Source: a bacterium | GTDB taxonomy: Bacteria > Hydrothermota > Tepidihabitantia > Tepidihabitantales > Tepidihabitantaceae | Reading direction: 5' to 3' | DNA length: 26,734 nt | Assembly: GCA_046485285.1 (NCBI GenBank) | Contig: JAWOHE010000035.1 | Coordinates: forward strand, 1-26,734 | Part shown: one piece after another, positions 6,773 through 16,162 of the stretch | Layout: each line of letters opens with the position of its first letter | Numbering within the stretch: the first letter of the stretch is position 1 | Made by a program: the position numbers and the translations under genes | The notes under the pieces: model-generated | Databases searched by the model: none | Seen by the model: the letters and a program-made list of their open reading frames with translations, nothing else | What the model was told of the DNA's origin: nothing

Positions 6773-9757
6773 CTACCGGGCCAACAGGACCGGACGTGAC
6801 TCGACGCCAACCGGGCTCTCGACACGCACGAAGTAGACGCCAGCCGCGAGGCTGCCGGCTTCCCATGAGAGCTCGCGACATCCGGCAATCATATTCTCGT
6901 CAAGAAGAGTGACCACCGCGCGGCCGCTCACGTCGACAACCCGGACGCGAACACGACCGGCCTGGGGCACCTGGAGTCGTAGTGTCGCCCGCCCGGCGAG
7001 AGGATTCGGCGTTACCTCGAGCAGGCGAACAGCGAGCTTGCGGGGCAGCGGCCCTTCGAGGATGCCGACGTTGCCGTCAAACCAGGCTTGGGCGGAATCA
7101 GCATGGGCCTGGGCCTGTGCCTCGCTCGTGCCTCCCACGAACGCGACCGCGAAACGGTAGCGCTCGCCGACCGCGAGGTCGAACGGCCCGACCGACACCA
7201 GCGCGGACCAGTCGTAGGACCGGTTCGAGTTCCTCTGCAGGATCGCACCATTCAGGAAACGCCACTTCATACCGTCGGTCATCGCCGAGTCCGGGTACAC
7301 GTAGCGATCATGGTCGATTGCGGCCAGGTTGGCAAACGACGCAGGCAACAGGATCTTCACCCCGACGGTCGGGTTCGCGGTTGAGGCTTGACGCATGTAG
7401 GTCAGGCGTCGGGTCTCGTCCGAGGCCGCGGTGTTCGTCGAAGAGGAGCCGATATCGAAATCAGCGAAGATGCCCGCGTACAGCCCGTCGACGGCGTTCG
7501 CTCCGTTGTTGTCGATGTCAAAGACGAGTACGACGAAGTCATCATAGCCGGACAGGGCCGTCATGTAGCTGTTCTGGGTCACGGTCAGCCCCTTGGCCGA
7601 GGGATGACCAGCGTCGCTGTAGCTCCCGCGGTAATGCTCGTCGCCGTCAACCGGCGGCACAACCGGTCGCAGGGAGTCGACAACTCGCAGGTCCTGGTTG
7701 GGAGCCCCGCTCGCCGGCCGGGAGAAGTGCCGGTCTGCGACGTAGCTTTCGCTGTTGCCCATCGCGAAGCTGCCGTAGAAGAGCGCGCTCGCCGCGGTCT
7801 TCGGATAACAGAACCCGTTGCCTGCGTCGGCCGGTGGTACGTCGTAGCCGATCGAACCCTGCGCCGAGACCGTCAACCGGCAGTAGCCGGTGTCGTGAGT
7901 CATCAGCAGCAGACCAGGCGTCGGCGGCTGGCCGACGACAAGCGGGATCACGAAGCTCGCCGCGTAGAATGCCGAGTCTCCGGTGACGTGCAGGGTGCAG
8001 CGAACCGTCGTGCCGGGCGGAATCGCCGCATCTGCGCTGACGCTGAACCGGTCACCTGAGTTGACCGCGGTATCGCCGCGAGCAATCCTGCCCCAGGAAC
8101 CGTTCGCGTCACCCACCATCAGCCGGGCGTCGCCCGACCTCAGTACCCCGGTCGTGTTGTCGCAGTCCGCCCCGCCGTTGTTCCTGAGGGTCATCATGAG
8201 GTCGGCGGTTTCGCCGGGGTCAAGCCGACCGTTGTTGTTCCCGCCACCGTCCAGCACCGTCGTCCGGACCAGGTGCAGGATCGGCGGGCCGCTCGAACTG
8301 CCGACCGCGTTGACCGCGGCCAACGCGTCAATCCTGCCCGCGCCGTAGTCCATGTCTTTGCCGGTCGAACCCCGGTCGATCGCGGTGACCTCGAGAATCG
8401 AGTCCACCACCGCCGGTGACAGGGTCGGGTTCTTCGACAGCATCAGCGCGACGACCCCGGCCGTGTGCGGGGTCGCCATCGAAGTACCGGACATCGTCGT
8501 GTAGCCGGTGTTCGAGTTGTGCCGGCAGCTCTTCACGTCCACGCCGGGTGCGGCGACATCCGGGCGGGTGAGCCCGGGCGGGTACGCATAATCGGCATAG
8601 CCGGCGACCGTGCCCCACTCCGACGGACCACGCGAGGAGAAAGAGGCATAGTTGTCGTTTGCGTCGGTGGCGCCCACCGAGATGACGTTCGAAAGCGCGC
8701 CGGCACCGACATTCTGCGGATTCCACCAGGGCGGCGGGACGTCCCCGGGCGTCCGTGTAGAATAGGGGGGTGAGATGGAACGTTCATTGCCGGCGGCTAC
8801 GCACATAATCACGCCCGCGGCACCGACATTGTTGCAGCCGTCGCGCCAGAGTCTGCGCATCGGGTTCCAGGCGTTGATCCAGCCCAGCGACATCGTGATG
8901 ATGTCGCCGCCGTTCGCTGGCGACAGGGGCGGCGAGACCACGAACTGCATTGCGGACCAGACCTGGGTCTCAGCCAGCGAGTCCGCCACCGTCCGCACGC
9001 GGCAAGACATGATCTGCGCGTCCGGTGCCACTCCGCACTGGCTTCCGGCGGTGCCATCCGAGGCGACGGTTCCGCAGGTGTGCGTTCCGTGACCGTTGGC
9101 ATCCATTGGGTTGTTTGTGTTGTTCTCGAAGTTCCAGCCGTGGTAAGGGTAATTGGCGTCGACCCACATGTGGTCGGCAAGGTCGACATGGTTGTAGTTA
9201 CAGCCGGTGTCGATGTCGCCGACAACAATACCTGCACCGGTGTAGCCCAGCGACCAGACCGCCGGGGCGTTGATCTTCTGGACGCCCCAGTCGATCTCAT
9301 CGGTGCCGTCGGTCACGTCACCGACGGCAGCCGCGGGCAGAAGACCGGGGACATGCTTGACGTCTGCATCGACGTACCAGACGTCCGGGTGTTTCTCAAT
9401 CGCCCGGATCGCTGCCTCGGTTGCCCGGCAATACGCGGCATTCACAAGCCACAGCCCGCCGATGTTGCTGACCTGGCCGTCGGTCTCAAGCCCGGCGAGG
9501 AATGCCCTGAGGTCGGCCTGACTGTCATCGCTCCAGTCCCTCAGGACTCGAGCGACTTCGGCCTGGCGCGCGCGCCTGGTCATCCCGTCAGCCAACCGAC
9601 TGAGTTGGGCGGCATCATACTGCTCAGACAGGGCAATGATTACCGGGACCTGGTAATCGCTTCCCGCCACGGAGATCTGTGCCTCTAGGTCCGGCCCGAC
9701 CAGGCCCAACCCGACGCCGACCAGTAGCAGGACGAGTACCGTGATTGTTCTCTTCAC
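6773..9757 (-). CDS. Secreted S8 (subtilisin-like) serine peptidase with propeptide, Ig-like domains and T9SS-type C-terminal domain
   Basis: Catalytic motifs DIDTG, HGTHTCG, GTSMATP; oxyanion AAGNE; 'GNNNGRLDPGET' module; tail 'PNPL...VVDVSGRAV...LAAGVYFVRV'. Confidence 0.93.
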   Translation of the reverse strand: MKRTITVLVLLLVGVGLGLVGPDLEAQISVAGSDYQVPVIIALSEQYDAAQLSRLADGMTRRARQAEVARVLRDWSDDSQADLRAFLAGLETDGQVSNIGGLWLVNAAYCRATEAAIRAIEKHPDVWYVDADVKHVPGLLPAAAVGDVTDGTDEIDWGVQKINAPAVWSLGYTGAGIVVGDIDTGCNYNHVDLADHMWVDANYPYHGWNFENNTNNPMDANGHGTHTCGTVASDGTAGSQCGVAPDAQIMSCRVRTVADSLAETQVWSAMQFVVSPPLSPANGGDIITMSLGWINAWNPMRRLWRDGCNNVGAAGVIMCVAAGNERSISPPYSTRTPGDVPPPWWNPQNVGAGALSNVISVGATDANDNYASFSSRGPSEWGTVAGYADYAYPPGLTRPDVAAPGVDVKSCRHNSNTGYTTMSGTSMATPHTAGVVALMLSKNPTLSPAVVDSILEVTAIDRGSTGKDMDYGAGRIDALAAVNAVGSSSGPPILHLVRTTVLDGGGNNNGRLDPGETADLMMTLRNNGGADCDNTTGVLRSGDARLMVGDANGSWGRIARGDTAVNSGDRFSVSADAAIPPGTTVRCTLHVTGDSAFYAASFVIPLVVGQPPTPGLLLMTHDTGYCRLTVSAQGSIGYDVPPADAGNGFCYPKTAASALFYGSFAMGNSESYVADRHFSRPASGAPNQDLRVVDSLRPVVPPVDGDEHYRGSYSDAGHPSAKGLTVTQNSYMTALSGYDDFVVLVFDIDNNGANAVDGLYAGIFADFDIGSSSTNTAASDETRRLTYMRQASTANPTVGVKILLPASFANLAAIDHDRYVYPDSAMTDGMKWRFLNGAILQRNSNRSYDWSALVSVGPFDLAVGERYRFAVAFVGGTSEAQAQAHADSAQAWFDGNVGILEGPLPRKLAVRLLEVTPNPLAGRATLRLQVPQAGRVRVRVVDVSGRAVVTLLDENMIAGCRELSWEAGSLAAGVYFVRVESPVGVESRPVLLAR

Positions 9758-9834
9758 TCACGCCTCCTTGGTTGGGAGTGAAAGTCTTCGCCGAAGGATG
9801 GACAAGCGGGTTGTACCCGCAAGCCTTACCCTCC

Positions 9835-9923
9835 ATTTTACTGGATGCTTCGGGCAGGTCAATCCGGCCGGTCGTCCGGTCAGCAAGACTGCGTTTGCAT
9901 TCGGGCTTCGCGTGGAGTAAGAT
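9835..9923. promoter_or_regulatory. Divergent promoters for the S8 protease (-) and queD (+)
   Basis: Minus strand TTGACC(9862-9857)-N16-TAAAAT(9840-9835); plus strand TTGCAT(9895-9900)-N17-TAAGAT(9918-9923). Confidence 0.6.
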
Positions 9924-9932
9924 TCCATCGAT

Positions 9933-10274
9933 ATGTACACGGTGCGCGTGAGCCGGACTTTCAGCGCCGCCCACTCGATCAAGGGCCGGGCAGGACGGTG
10001 CGAGAACGTCCACGGCCACAACTACCGGGTCGAGGTCTTCATCGACGCGCCGGACCTTGCCCCGCCCGGGATGGTCGTTGACTTCATCGAGGTCAGGGAG
10101 AAGCTGGACTCGATACTGCCTGACCACCGCGACCTGAACTCGGTGTACGACTTCAACCCGACCGCCGAGAACCTCGCCCGCCGGTTCTTCGAGGAGCTCG
10201 CGGCCTGCTACCCGGTCCGCAGGGTCGTGGTCTGGGAGAACGACAGTTCGGCCGCCGAGTACTCCCCGGGCTAG
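9933..10274 (+). CDS. queD: 6-carboxytetrahydropterin synthase / PTPS family
   Basis: FSAAH, CENVHGHNYRVEV, GMVVDF, PTAENLA and VVWE motifs. Confidence 0.93.
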   Translation: MYTVRVSRTFSAAHSIKGRAGRCENVHGHNYRVEVFIDAPDLAPPGMVVDFIEVREKLDSILPDHRDLNSVYDFNPTAENLARRFFEELAACYPVRRVVVWENDSSAAEYSPG

Positions 10275-11749
10275 CGGACCGAGCAGACCTTGACCAGTTC
10301 GGTCCTGTCCCCGCCGCTCAGCCGCACGAACCAGGTCCCGGGCGACAGGCTGAGTTCCCTGCCCGTTACTGCCCGGCCTCGTCCGGAAGCGTCGTAGAGT
10401 TCGGCGCGTTCTGCCCAGCCCGGCAGCCGCCAGCAACCCCTGACGACGTCGGTCGCCGCGGACTCCTGCGGCCGGGCGGACGACCGCGCCATGGTGCCGG
10501 CCAGGGTCAACGCCCGCCAGGCATTCGTCAGGCCGTGACCGAAACGCACGTCCTGCCCGGCCGGGCCCATGTCAATTGCCGAGACACCCAGGATAGCCCG
10601 AGCCCGCGTCGCGCTGATATTCGGAGAAACCGAAAACACCAGCGCGACAATCCCTGCCACCTGCGGCGATGCCATCGAGGTTCCTGAGGCAAGGCCATAG
10701 CCTCCGCCGGTCCAGCACGACCGGACGTAACTCCCGGGCGCGACGATGTCCTGGTGCGCACCGTAGTTCGAGTACTCGGCAAGCCGGCCGAAGCGATCCG
10801 TCGCGCCGACCGCGACCACCTCGGGCAGCCGGGCCGGGTACTGAACCGTTCCCGCCCCCTGGTTGCCCGACGCCGCGACCATCAACACGCCCTTGCCGGC
10901 CGCATAGCTCGCCGCCTCTGCCACCGGCGTCGAGTAGTCGTCCGACCCCAACGACATGTTGACGACCCTGGCGCCGCGGTCCGTCGCCCAGCGGATACCC
11001 GAGGCAAGATTGCTCATCGACCCGGAACCCGAGTCGCTGAGCACCTTCACCGCCAGCAGCCGGGCCGCCGCCCAGCCGGCAATCCCGATGCCGTTATCGA
11101 TCGTTGCCGCGCAGATGCCCGAGACGTGCGTGCCGTGGAATGCCTCGGGAAGCTGGGTGTTGTCGGGTTTCGGGTCGTTGTCGCCGGCAGCGAAGTCGTA
11201 GCCGTACTCGCCCGGGGTGAAGCGGGCCGACAGGTCCGGGTGCGCGTAGTCTACCCCGTTGTCGCAGACCGCGATGGTGATGCCGCCGCTGCCGCGGGTC
11301 ACGTCCCAGGCCTTGTCGGCGTAGGTGACCCACTTGTCCCACTGCTCGGCCAGGAAGTCGGGGTCGTTGGGCTCGTAGCTTGCGTGCGCCCGCGCGTCAG
11401 GCTCGAACCAGCGTACCGAGGCCGGCAGTGGGGACTCCGCCAGTGCCACGCCGGCCACGTCCGCCATCGTGCAGACAATGAACGCGCCCGCCGTGTCGAC
11501 CCGGACCGGCTCCGCCCCGCGCACCGCCAGCCAGTCCACTGCCTCCGCCAACTGCCCGGGCTCGAACCCGACCGTGAACTGACCGGGGACGCGGTCGCGC
11601 CAACGGTCAGGCAGTTCGACCCGGTCGCAGAACGCCGCCAGCATCGCCCCGGTGCGTTCCAGCGCGAGCACGCGCTCGACGTCCGCCCCGGTCACCGGCA
11701 GACAGTCAGGACGGATGAAGCCGAGAAGGCAGAGATAGATCATGGTCAT
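10271..11749 (-). CDS. S8 family serine peptidase (thermitase-like) with degenerate C-terminal sorting-type domain
   Basis: VCDNGVD, HGTHVSG, AASGN, GTSMASP; tail 'ELYDASGR...LSPGTWFVRL...KV'. Confidence 0.92.
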   Translation of the reverse strand: MTMIYLCLLGFIRPDCLPVTGADVERVLALERTGAMLAAFCDRVELPDRWRDRVPGQFTVGFEPGQLAEAVDWLAVRGAEPVRVDTAGAFIVCTMADVAGVALAESPLPASVRWFEPDARAHASYEPNDPDFLAEQWDKWVTYADKAWDVTRGSGGITIAVCDNGVDYAHPDLSARFTPGEYGYDFAAGDNDPKPDNTQLPEAFHGTHVSGICAATIDNGIGIAGWAAARLLAVKVLSDSGSGSMSNLASGIRWATDRGARVVNMSLGSDDYSTPVAEAASYAAGKGVLMVAASGNQGAGTVQYPARLPEVVAVGATDRFGRLAEYSNYGAHQDIVAPGSYVRSCWTGGGYGLASGTSMASPQVAGIVALVFSVSPNISATRARAILGVSAIDMGPAGQDVRFGHGLTNAWRALTLAGTMARSSARPQESAATDVVRGCWRLPGWAERAELYDASGRGRAVTGRELSLSPGTWFVRLSGGDRTELVKVCSVR

Positions 11750-11752
11750 CAG

Positions 11753-12484
11753 CTACTCCAGGGTGAAGCGGGCCCAGACCTCGACCGGGGCGCCGCTCGT
11801 GTTGAGAAAGACGAGGTAGAACGAGTCGGCCGCGGTGACGTGCTCCCGAAGGGAAAGCGCCTGCCGGTCGACCTCCGCGACTATCGGGCTGTAGGACTGG
11901 CCCGTGCTGAACCTGCCGTAGTTCGCCGCATCAAGCCAGATGAACCGCGACAGCACCCCGCCCGAGGCAACGCGCATGCTCCCGGCGAGGGTATCACCCG
12001 GAGCCGCCGCGAAGCCCGCCAGCCAGTAGTAGTTGTGCTCGAGTCGGAAGGCGCCATGCAGCACGTCACGCGTACCACCCAGCCAGACCTGGACCCGGAT
12101 CGTGTCGCTGGTGCCGATGTTGTCATACGGGTCGCGCGCCCGGCAGAACATCGTGTGCCAACTCCGGTCCGGCAGTTGACTGGCATCCCAGTCCGCCGAG
12201 TACGGCGCGGCCAGGTCGGTGCTGATCAACGAACCGTCCACGTAGAACTCCACCGAACTGACGCCGCTCGAATCCGAGGCCTCGGCCCGGATCGCAACAT
12301 TGCCGCTCACCGCCGACGAATCGGTGGGCTGGATTATGCGACAGACCGGGGGCAGGCGGTCCTCGCCGAACAGGATGTCGCAGACAGCGCCGGAGCATAG
12401 CAGGCCGGCGAGCGCCAGCAGCGCCGTGGCCGACCAGCGGCCGACCGCCCCGCGAACCGATGAACCTCCGCCACTAGAGCTCAT
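11753..12484 (-). CDS. Exported protein (possible lipoprotein) with bacterial Ig-like domain and C-terminal beta-sandwich
   Basis: Hydrophobic N-terminus with GAVC; 'PPVCRIIQP...ASDSSGVSSVEFYVDG...APYSADWD...ARDPYDNIG' is typical of Big-type Ig domains; overlaps the upstream gene's stop. Start uncertain (12484 or 12490). Confidence 0.8.
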   Translation of the reverse strand: MSSSGGGSSVRGAVGRWSATALLALAGLLCSGAVCDILFGEDRLPPVCRIIQPTDSSAVSGNVAIRAEASDSSGVSSVEFYVDGSLISTDLAAPYSADWDASQLPDRSWHTMFCRARDPYDNIGTSDTIRVQVWLGGTRDVLHGAFRLEHNYYWLAGFAAAPGDTLAGSMRVASGGVLSRFIWLDAANYGRFSTGQSYSPIVAEVDRQALSLREHVTAADSFYLVFLNTSGAPVEVWARFTLE

Positions 12485-13862
12485 ACTCATCTCCCACTTC
12501 CGGAACGTGCACCTCGCGAACACCCAGTTGGCGCAATGGCTCAACCATTGCCTCCGCTGCCTCCAGCTCGGCGTGGACGACGAAGACCTTCTTGAGCCGG
12601 TTGACATTCATTCGGCTGACATAGTCGAGCAGGCCCTGCCGGTCGGCATGGGCGCTGAACTCGTTGATGATGGCGACCTCGGCCCGCAGTTCGTGCTCTT
12701 CGCCGAAGATGCGCACCCGCTGCTGCCGCTCGGCGATCCGGGCGCCCAGCGTGTTCGGCGCCTGGAAGCTAACCAGCAGCACGCAGTTGCGCTCGTCCCC
12801 GATCGCGTGCTTCAGGTGGTGCAGCACCCTGCCGGCCTCGCACATCCCCGACGCCGAGATGATGATGCAGGGTTCGGTCCGGCTGTTGAGCGCCTTCGAC
12901 TCCTCGACGCTCGAGGTGTACGACAGGCCGTCGAAGTCAAACAGCTCGTTGTGGCCGTTCAGCAACGCGAGCGCCTCCTCATCGTAGTACTGCGGGTGGT
13001 TTCGGAACACCTCGGTCACGCTGGTCGCGAGCGGGCTGTCGACGAAGACCGGCACCCTCGGGATGACGCCGTCCTGACGGAGGCGATTCAGCGTGTAGAT
13101 GATCTCCTGCGAGCGCTCGACCGCGAACGCCGGTATGATCACGCGACCGCCGCGGGCGTGGACACGGTTGATGACATCGGCCAGCCGGGCCGCGACGTCT
13201 CGGTAGTCGCCGTGCAGCCGGTTGCCGTAGGTCGCCTCCATTATGAGGTAGTCCGCCTCGATGACCTGGACAGGGTCCCGGATGATCGGCATCTTGCGGC
13301 GGCCGAGGTCGCCGGTGAACAGGATTCGGCGGCCGTCAACCTCGATGTCAGCCACCGCCGAGCCGAGGATGTGACCGGCGTCATGCAGGTGGACGGTGAA
13401 CTTGCCCAGCCTGGTCTTCTTGGCGTAAGCGACAGGCTGGAAGCGCTCGAGGCTCCGCTCCGCGTCGGCGGTCGTGTAGATCGGCTCCTTGGCGGGCTCG
13501 CCCCTTGCCCGCCTTCGCTTGTTGACATACTTGACGTCCGATTCCTGGATGTGCGCCGAGTCGAGCAGCAGCAACCGGGCCAGTGCCGCGGTGCCCTTCG
13601 TCATCAGCACCGGACCCGAGAAACCACGCTTCACGAGGTTCGGGATGTTGCCGCAGTGGTCGATGTGGGCGTGGCTGACAACGCAGTAGTCAACCTCACG
13701 CGCCTTGAACTGGAAGTGCCGGTTGATCTGCTCGGCTTCCTCGCGGTGTCCCTGGAACAGGCCGCACTCAAGGAGAAGCTGCTGCCTGCCGCTGCTCACC
13801 AGATGGCGGGAACCGGTGACCGTCCGCGCCCCGCCCCAGAACCTGACGCCGAGGTCGCTCAC
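12474..13862 (-). CDS. MBL-fold beta-CASP metallo-hydrolase (RNA-processing exonuclease family)
   Basis: GGARTVTGSRH, SHAHIDHCG (HxHxDH), AGHILGS, FTGDLG, EATYG, ASGMCEAGR, FSAHAD. Confidence 0.93.
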   Translation of the reverse strand: MSDLGVRFWGGARTVTGSRHLVSSGRQQLLLECGLFQGHREEAEQINRHFQFKAREVDYCVVSHAHIDHCGNIPNLVKRGFSGPVLMTKGTAALARLLLLDSAHIQESDVKYVNKRRRARGEPAKEPIYTTADAERSLERFQPVAYAKKTRLGKFTVHLHDAGHILGSAVADIEVDGRRILFTGDLGRRKMPIIRDPVQVIEADYLIMEATYGNRLHGDYRDVAARLADVINRVHARGGRVIIPAFAVERSQEIIYTLNRLRQDGVIPRVPVFVDSPLATSVTEVFRNHPQYYDEEALALLNGHNELFDFDGLSYTSSVEESKALNSRTEPCIIISASGMCEAGRVLHHLKHAIGDERNCVLLVSFQAPNTLGARIAERQQRVRIFGEEHELRAEVAIINEFSAHADRQGLLDYVSRMNVNRLKKVFVVHAELEAAEAMVEPLRQLGVREVHVPEVGDEYEL

Positions 13863-14692
13863 CGAACCAGCCCCCGAATCGCGGCGAGATTCCGCCGATC
13901 GTCCCGGCGGTCTGCCCGCGGGGTCTCGAGGATGCCCGGGAGGTGCCGCAGCAGAGGGTGATTCACGACCTGCCGGAAACCGGCCAGGCCGATCTTGCCG
14001 CGGCCGATATGCCAGTGTCGGTCGCGATGTGAATCGAGCCCGAACCGGCTGTCGTTGAGGTGCAGCAGCTGAAGGCGTCCCAGCCCGACCGTCCGGTCCA
14101 GCTCGCGCAGGACCGCGTCCAACCCCGGGCGGTTCCTGAGCTCGCAGCCGGCGGCAAACGCGTGGGCCGTGTCGAGCGCCATGCCCAGTCGGTCGGCACT
14201 GCCCGCGCGGTCGATGATCTCGGCCAGCTCCTCGAACCTGGCACCGATCTCTCCGGCGGCCCCGGCCGTGTTCTCGAGGAGCAGCGACACCGCACCCTTC
14301 GCCCGCCTGAGCACGCTCGCTACCCGTCTCGCCACCCGGGCCACGCCGCCTTCGCGCCCGCGCACCCGGCCCGGATGGACGACGACACCTGACGCACCCA
14401 GCGATGCCGCCCGTTCCAGCTCGTCGACGAGCACCGCTCTCGACCGTGCGGCCAGCGATCGGTCAGTTGTTGCGAGGTTGACAAGGTATGGAGCGTGCAC
14501 GAACACCGGGGTGATGTCCAGCGCCCTGGTCAACCGTCTGAATCTCCCCGCGCCCGATTCATCGAGCGGTCGCGCGCTCCATCCGCGCGGACTGCGGGTG
14601 AACAGCTGGATCGTTTCGCAGCCGACCTCTGCTGCCCTGAGGCAGGCCCGCTCCAGGCCGCCGGCTATCGACACGTGCAGTCCGACTCTCAC
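13859..14692 (-). CDS. nfo: Endonuclease IV (AP endonuclease family 2)
   Basis: GLHVSIAGG, QLFTRSPR, HAPYLVNL, ENTAG, DTAH, HLNDS, DRHWHIG, LETP; GTG start at 14692; GTGA overlap with the MBL gene. Confidence 0.93.
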   Translation of the reverse strand: MRVGLHVSIAGGLERACLRAAEVGCETIQLFTRSPRGWSARPLDESGAGRFRRLTRALDITPVFVHAPYLVNLATTDRSLAARSRAVLVDELERAASLGASGVVVHPGRVRGREGGVARVARRVASVLRRAKGAVSLLLENTAGAAGEIGARFEELAEIIDRAGSADRLGMALDTAHAFAAGCELRNRPGLDAVLRELDRTVGLGRLQLLHLNDSRFGLDSHRDRHWHIGRGKIGLAGFRQVVNHPLLRHLPGILETPRADRRDDRRNLAAIRGLVR

Positions 14693-14703
14693 GAGTGGTC
14701 GAA

Positions 14704-14731
14704 AGCCTAGGGCCGGCTTGGCTGCTGTCAA
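14704..14731 (-). promoter_or_regulatory. Promoter for the nfo operon
   Basis: Minus strand TTGACA-N16-TAGGCT, with -10 ending 11 nt before GTG. Confidence 0.55.
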
Positions 14732-14739
14732 TCAGGATC

Positions 14740-14999
14740 GGGAGGTATCGCACAACCGTGCGGGGAGTCGACCACTTCGAGAACAACGGGCGCGCCGGGT
14801 CGTGAACATCGTAGCAGCCTGCCGAGACAAGGGATGCGCTGGTGCGGCGCCAGGCGTGCTCAGACAGCACCGTTGCCCCGGACGGCAGGAACTCACCGTG
14901 ATCAACGGTATCCCCGTCACCCCAGGCGATGTAGACGGCCAGCGAGTAGCGGAACCGCTGGTCATCCCGGCAGCACCCTGCCTCGGTGGCGTTCGTCAC
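14740..14999 (-). pseudogene. Possible remnant of a PKD-like domain gene
   Basis: Translation 'YIAWGDGDTVDHGEFLPSGATVLSEHAW...VSAGCYD...FSKWSTPRTVV' resembles PKD/Ig modules (WGDG...H.W...S.WS.P..V). No RBS or signal peptide, and the frame reads on into nfo. Confidence 0.35.
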
Positions 15000-15023
15000 G
15001 GTGACTGCAATCGCCGCGGGCGA

Positions 15024-15051
15024 TTGACGGGCGCTGCGAATGGACTACGAT
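15024..15051 (+). promoter_or_regulatory. Promoter for rmuC
   Basis: TTGACG-N16-TACGAT, 10 nt before ATG. Confidence 0.55.
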
Positions 15052-15061
15052 TGAAGAGGCT

Positions 15062-16162
15062 ATGACCATGGCACTCCTGGTTCTTCTGCTGGCGTTACTG
15101 GCGGTCGTGGCCGTGATGCTCGCGCTCCTGCTCCACCGCGTCGGAAACCAGAGAAGGTCCGAGGGCGACCCCGGCATCCTGCTTCTGCAACAGCAGTTCG
15201 ATGCTCTCCGCGCGCAGACCGGCCAGGGCCTTGCTGACGTTGCCGGCCGGCTTGACCAACGCCTGGCCAACATCGACCGACTGATGGCGGAGACCGTGTC
15301 CGGCATCGGCTCCCGCCTCGACAGCGCGAACACGACCGTCCAGAGCGTGCGAACCACGCTGGGTGAGTTGTCGCAGGCGACCCGCCAGGTTCTCGACGTT
15401 GGCCGGGACATCCGGTCACTCCAGGACATCCTGCGCACGCCCAAGCTTCGAGGCATCATCGGCGAGTTCTTCCTGGGCGACCTCCTGCGACAGGTCGTCC
15501 CTGCCCACCACGAACTCCAGTACCGCTTCGCGAGTGGCGAAGCCGTGGACGCGGTCATCCGCCTGGGACCGAGGCTCGTGCCGGTCGACTCGAAGTTCCC
15601 GCTCGAGGACTTCCAGCGACTCACGGCCGAAACCGACGAGGAGTCTCGCAAGGTCCTGCGCCGACGGTTTGTCGCGGCGGTGCGCAAGCACGTGGATGCA
15701 ATCGCCGACAAGTACATTCGCCCCGACGAAGGAACATTCGACTTTGCGCTGATGTACATTCCAGCTGAGAACGTCTACTACGAGACGATAATCAGGGACA
15801 GCCCCGAGGACGACTCGGTCTCGAGTCACGCCCTCTCGCGCCGGGTTATCCCGGTTTCACCGAACAGCCTCTACGCCTACCTGCAGTCAATTGTCCTTGG
15901 CCTGCGCGGGTTCCAGATCGAACAGCGCGCCGGCGATATCCTTGCCCACCTCGGACGCCTGCGCCTGGAGTACGACCGGTTCCGAGGTGAGTTCGAGGTG
16001 CTCGGGACTCATCTGAACCACGCCCGCAACAAGTACGAGGAATCGGCTCGCCGCCTCGACCGGTTCGGCGACCGGCTCGAACTGGAACTCGCGCCCAGCG
16101 ACAGCCAGCCGGCCGCGGAAGACGGGCAGGCGGCGGCCGGACCCACCGGGAGGAAAGCATGA
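15062..16162 (+). CDS. rmuC: DNA recombination protein RmuC
   Basis: N-terminal TM helix, coiled coil, PKLRGIIGE, DAVIRL, PVDSKFP, IADKYIRP, TFDFALMYIPAE. Confidence 0.93.
   Translation: MTMALLVLLLALLAVVAVMLALLLHRVGNQRRSEGDPGILLLQQQFDALRAQTGQGLADVAGRLDQRLANIDRLMAETVSGIGSRLDSANTTVQSVRTTLGELSQATRQVLDVGRDIRSLQDILRTPKLRGIIGEFFLGDLLRQVVPAHHELQYRFASGEAVDAVIRLGPRLVPVDSKFPLEDFQRLTAETDEESRKVLRRRFVAAVRKHVDAIADKYIRPDEGTFDFALMYIPAENVYYETIIRDSPEDDSVSSHALSRRVIPVSPNSLYAYLQSIVLGLRGFQIEQRAGDILAHLGRLRLEYDRFRGEFEVLGTHLNHARNKYEESARRLDRFGDRLELELAPSDSQPAAEDGQAAAGPTGRKA

Noticed and set aside
9624-13961. Antisense ORFs 9624..10436, 10754..12400 and 12300..13961
   Set aside because: Mirror frames of queD, the S8/Ig genes and the beta-CASP gene; no recognisable motifs.
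12474-16162. beta-CASP nuclease + endonuclease IV + RmuC as an anti-phage defence cluster
   Set aside because: All three look like ordinary full-length housekeeping families, are split across divergent units, and lack defence-associated partners.
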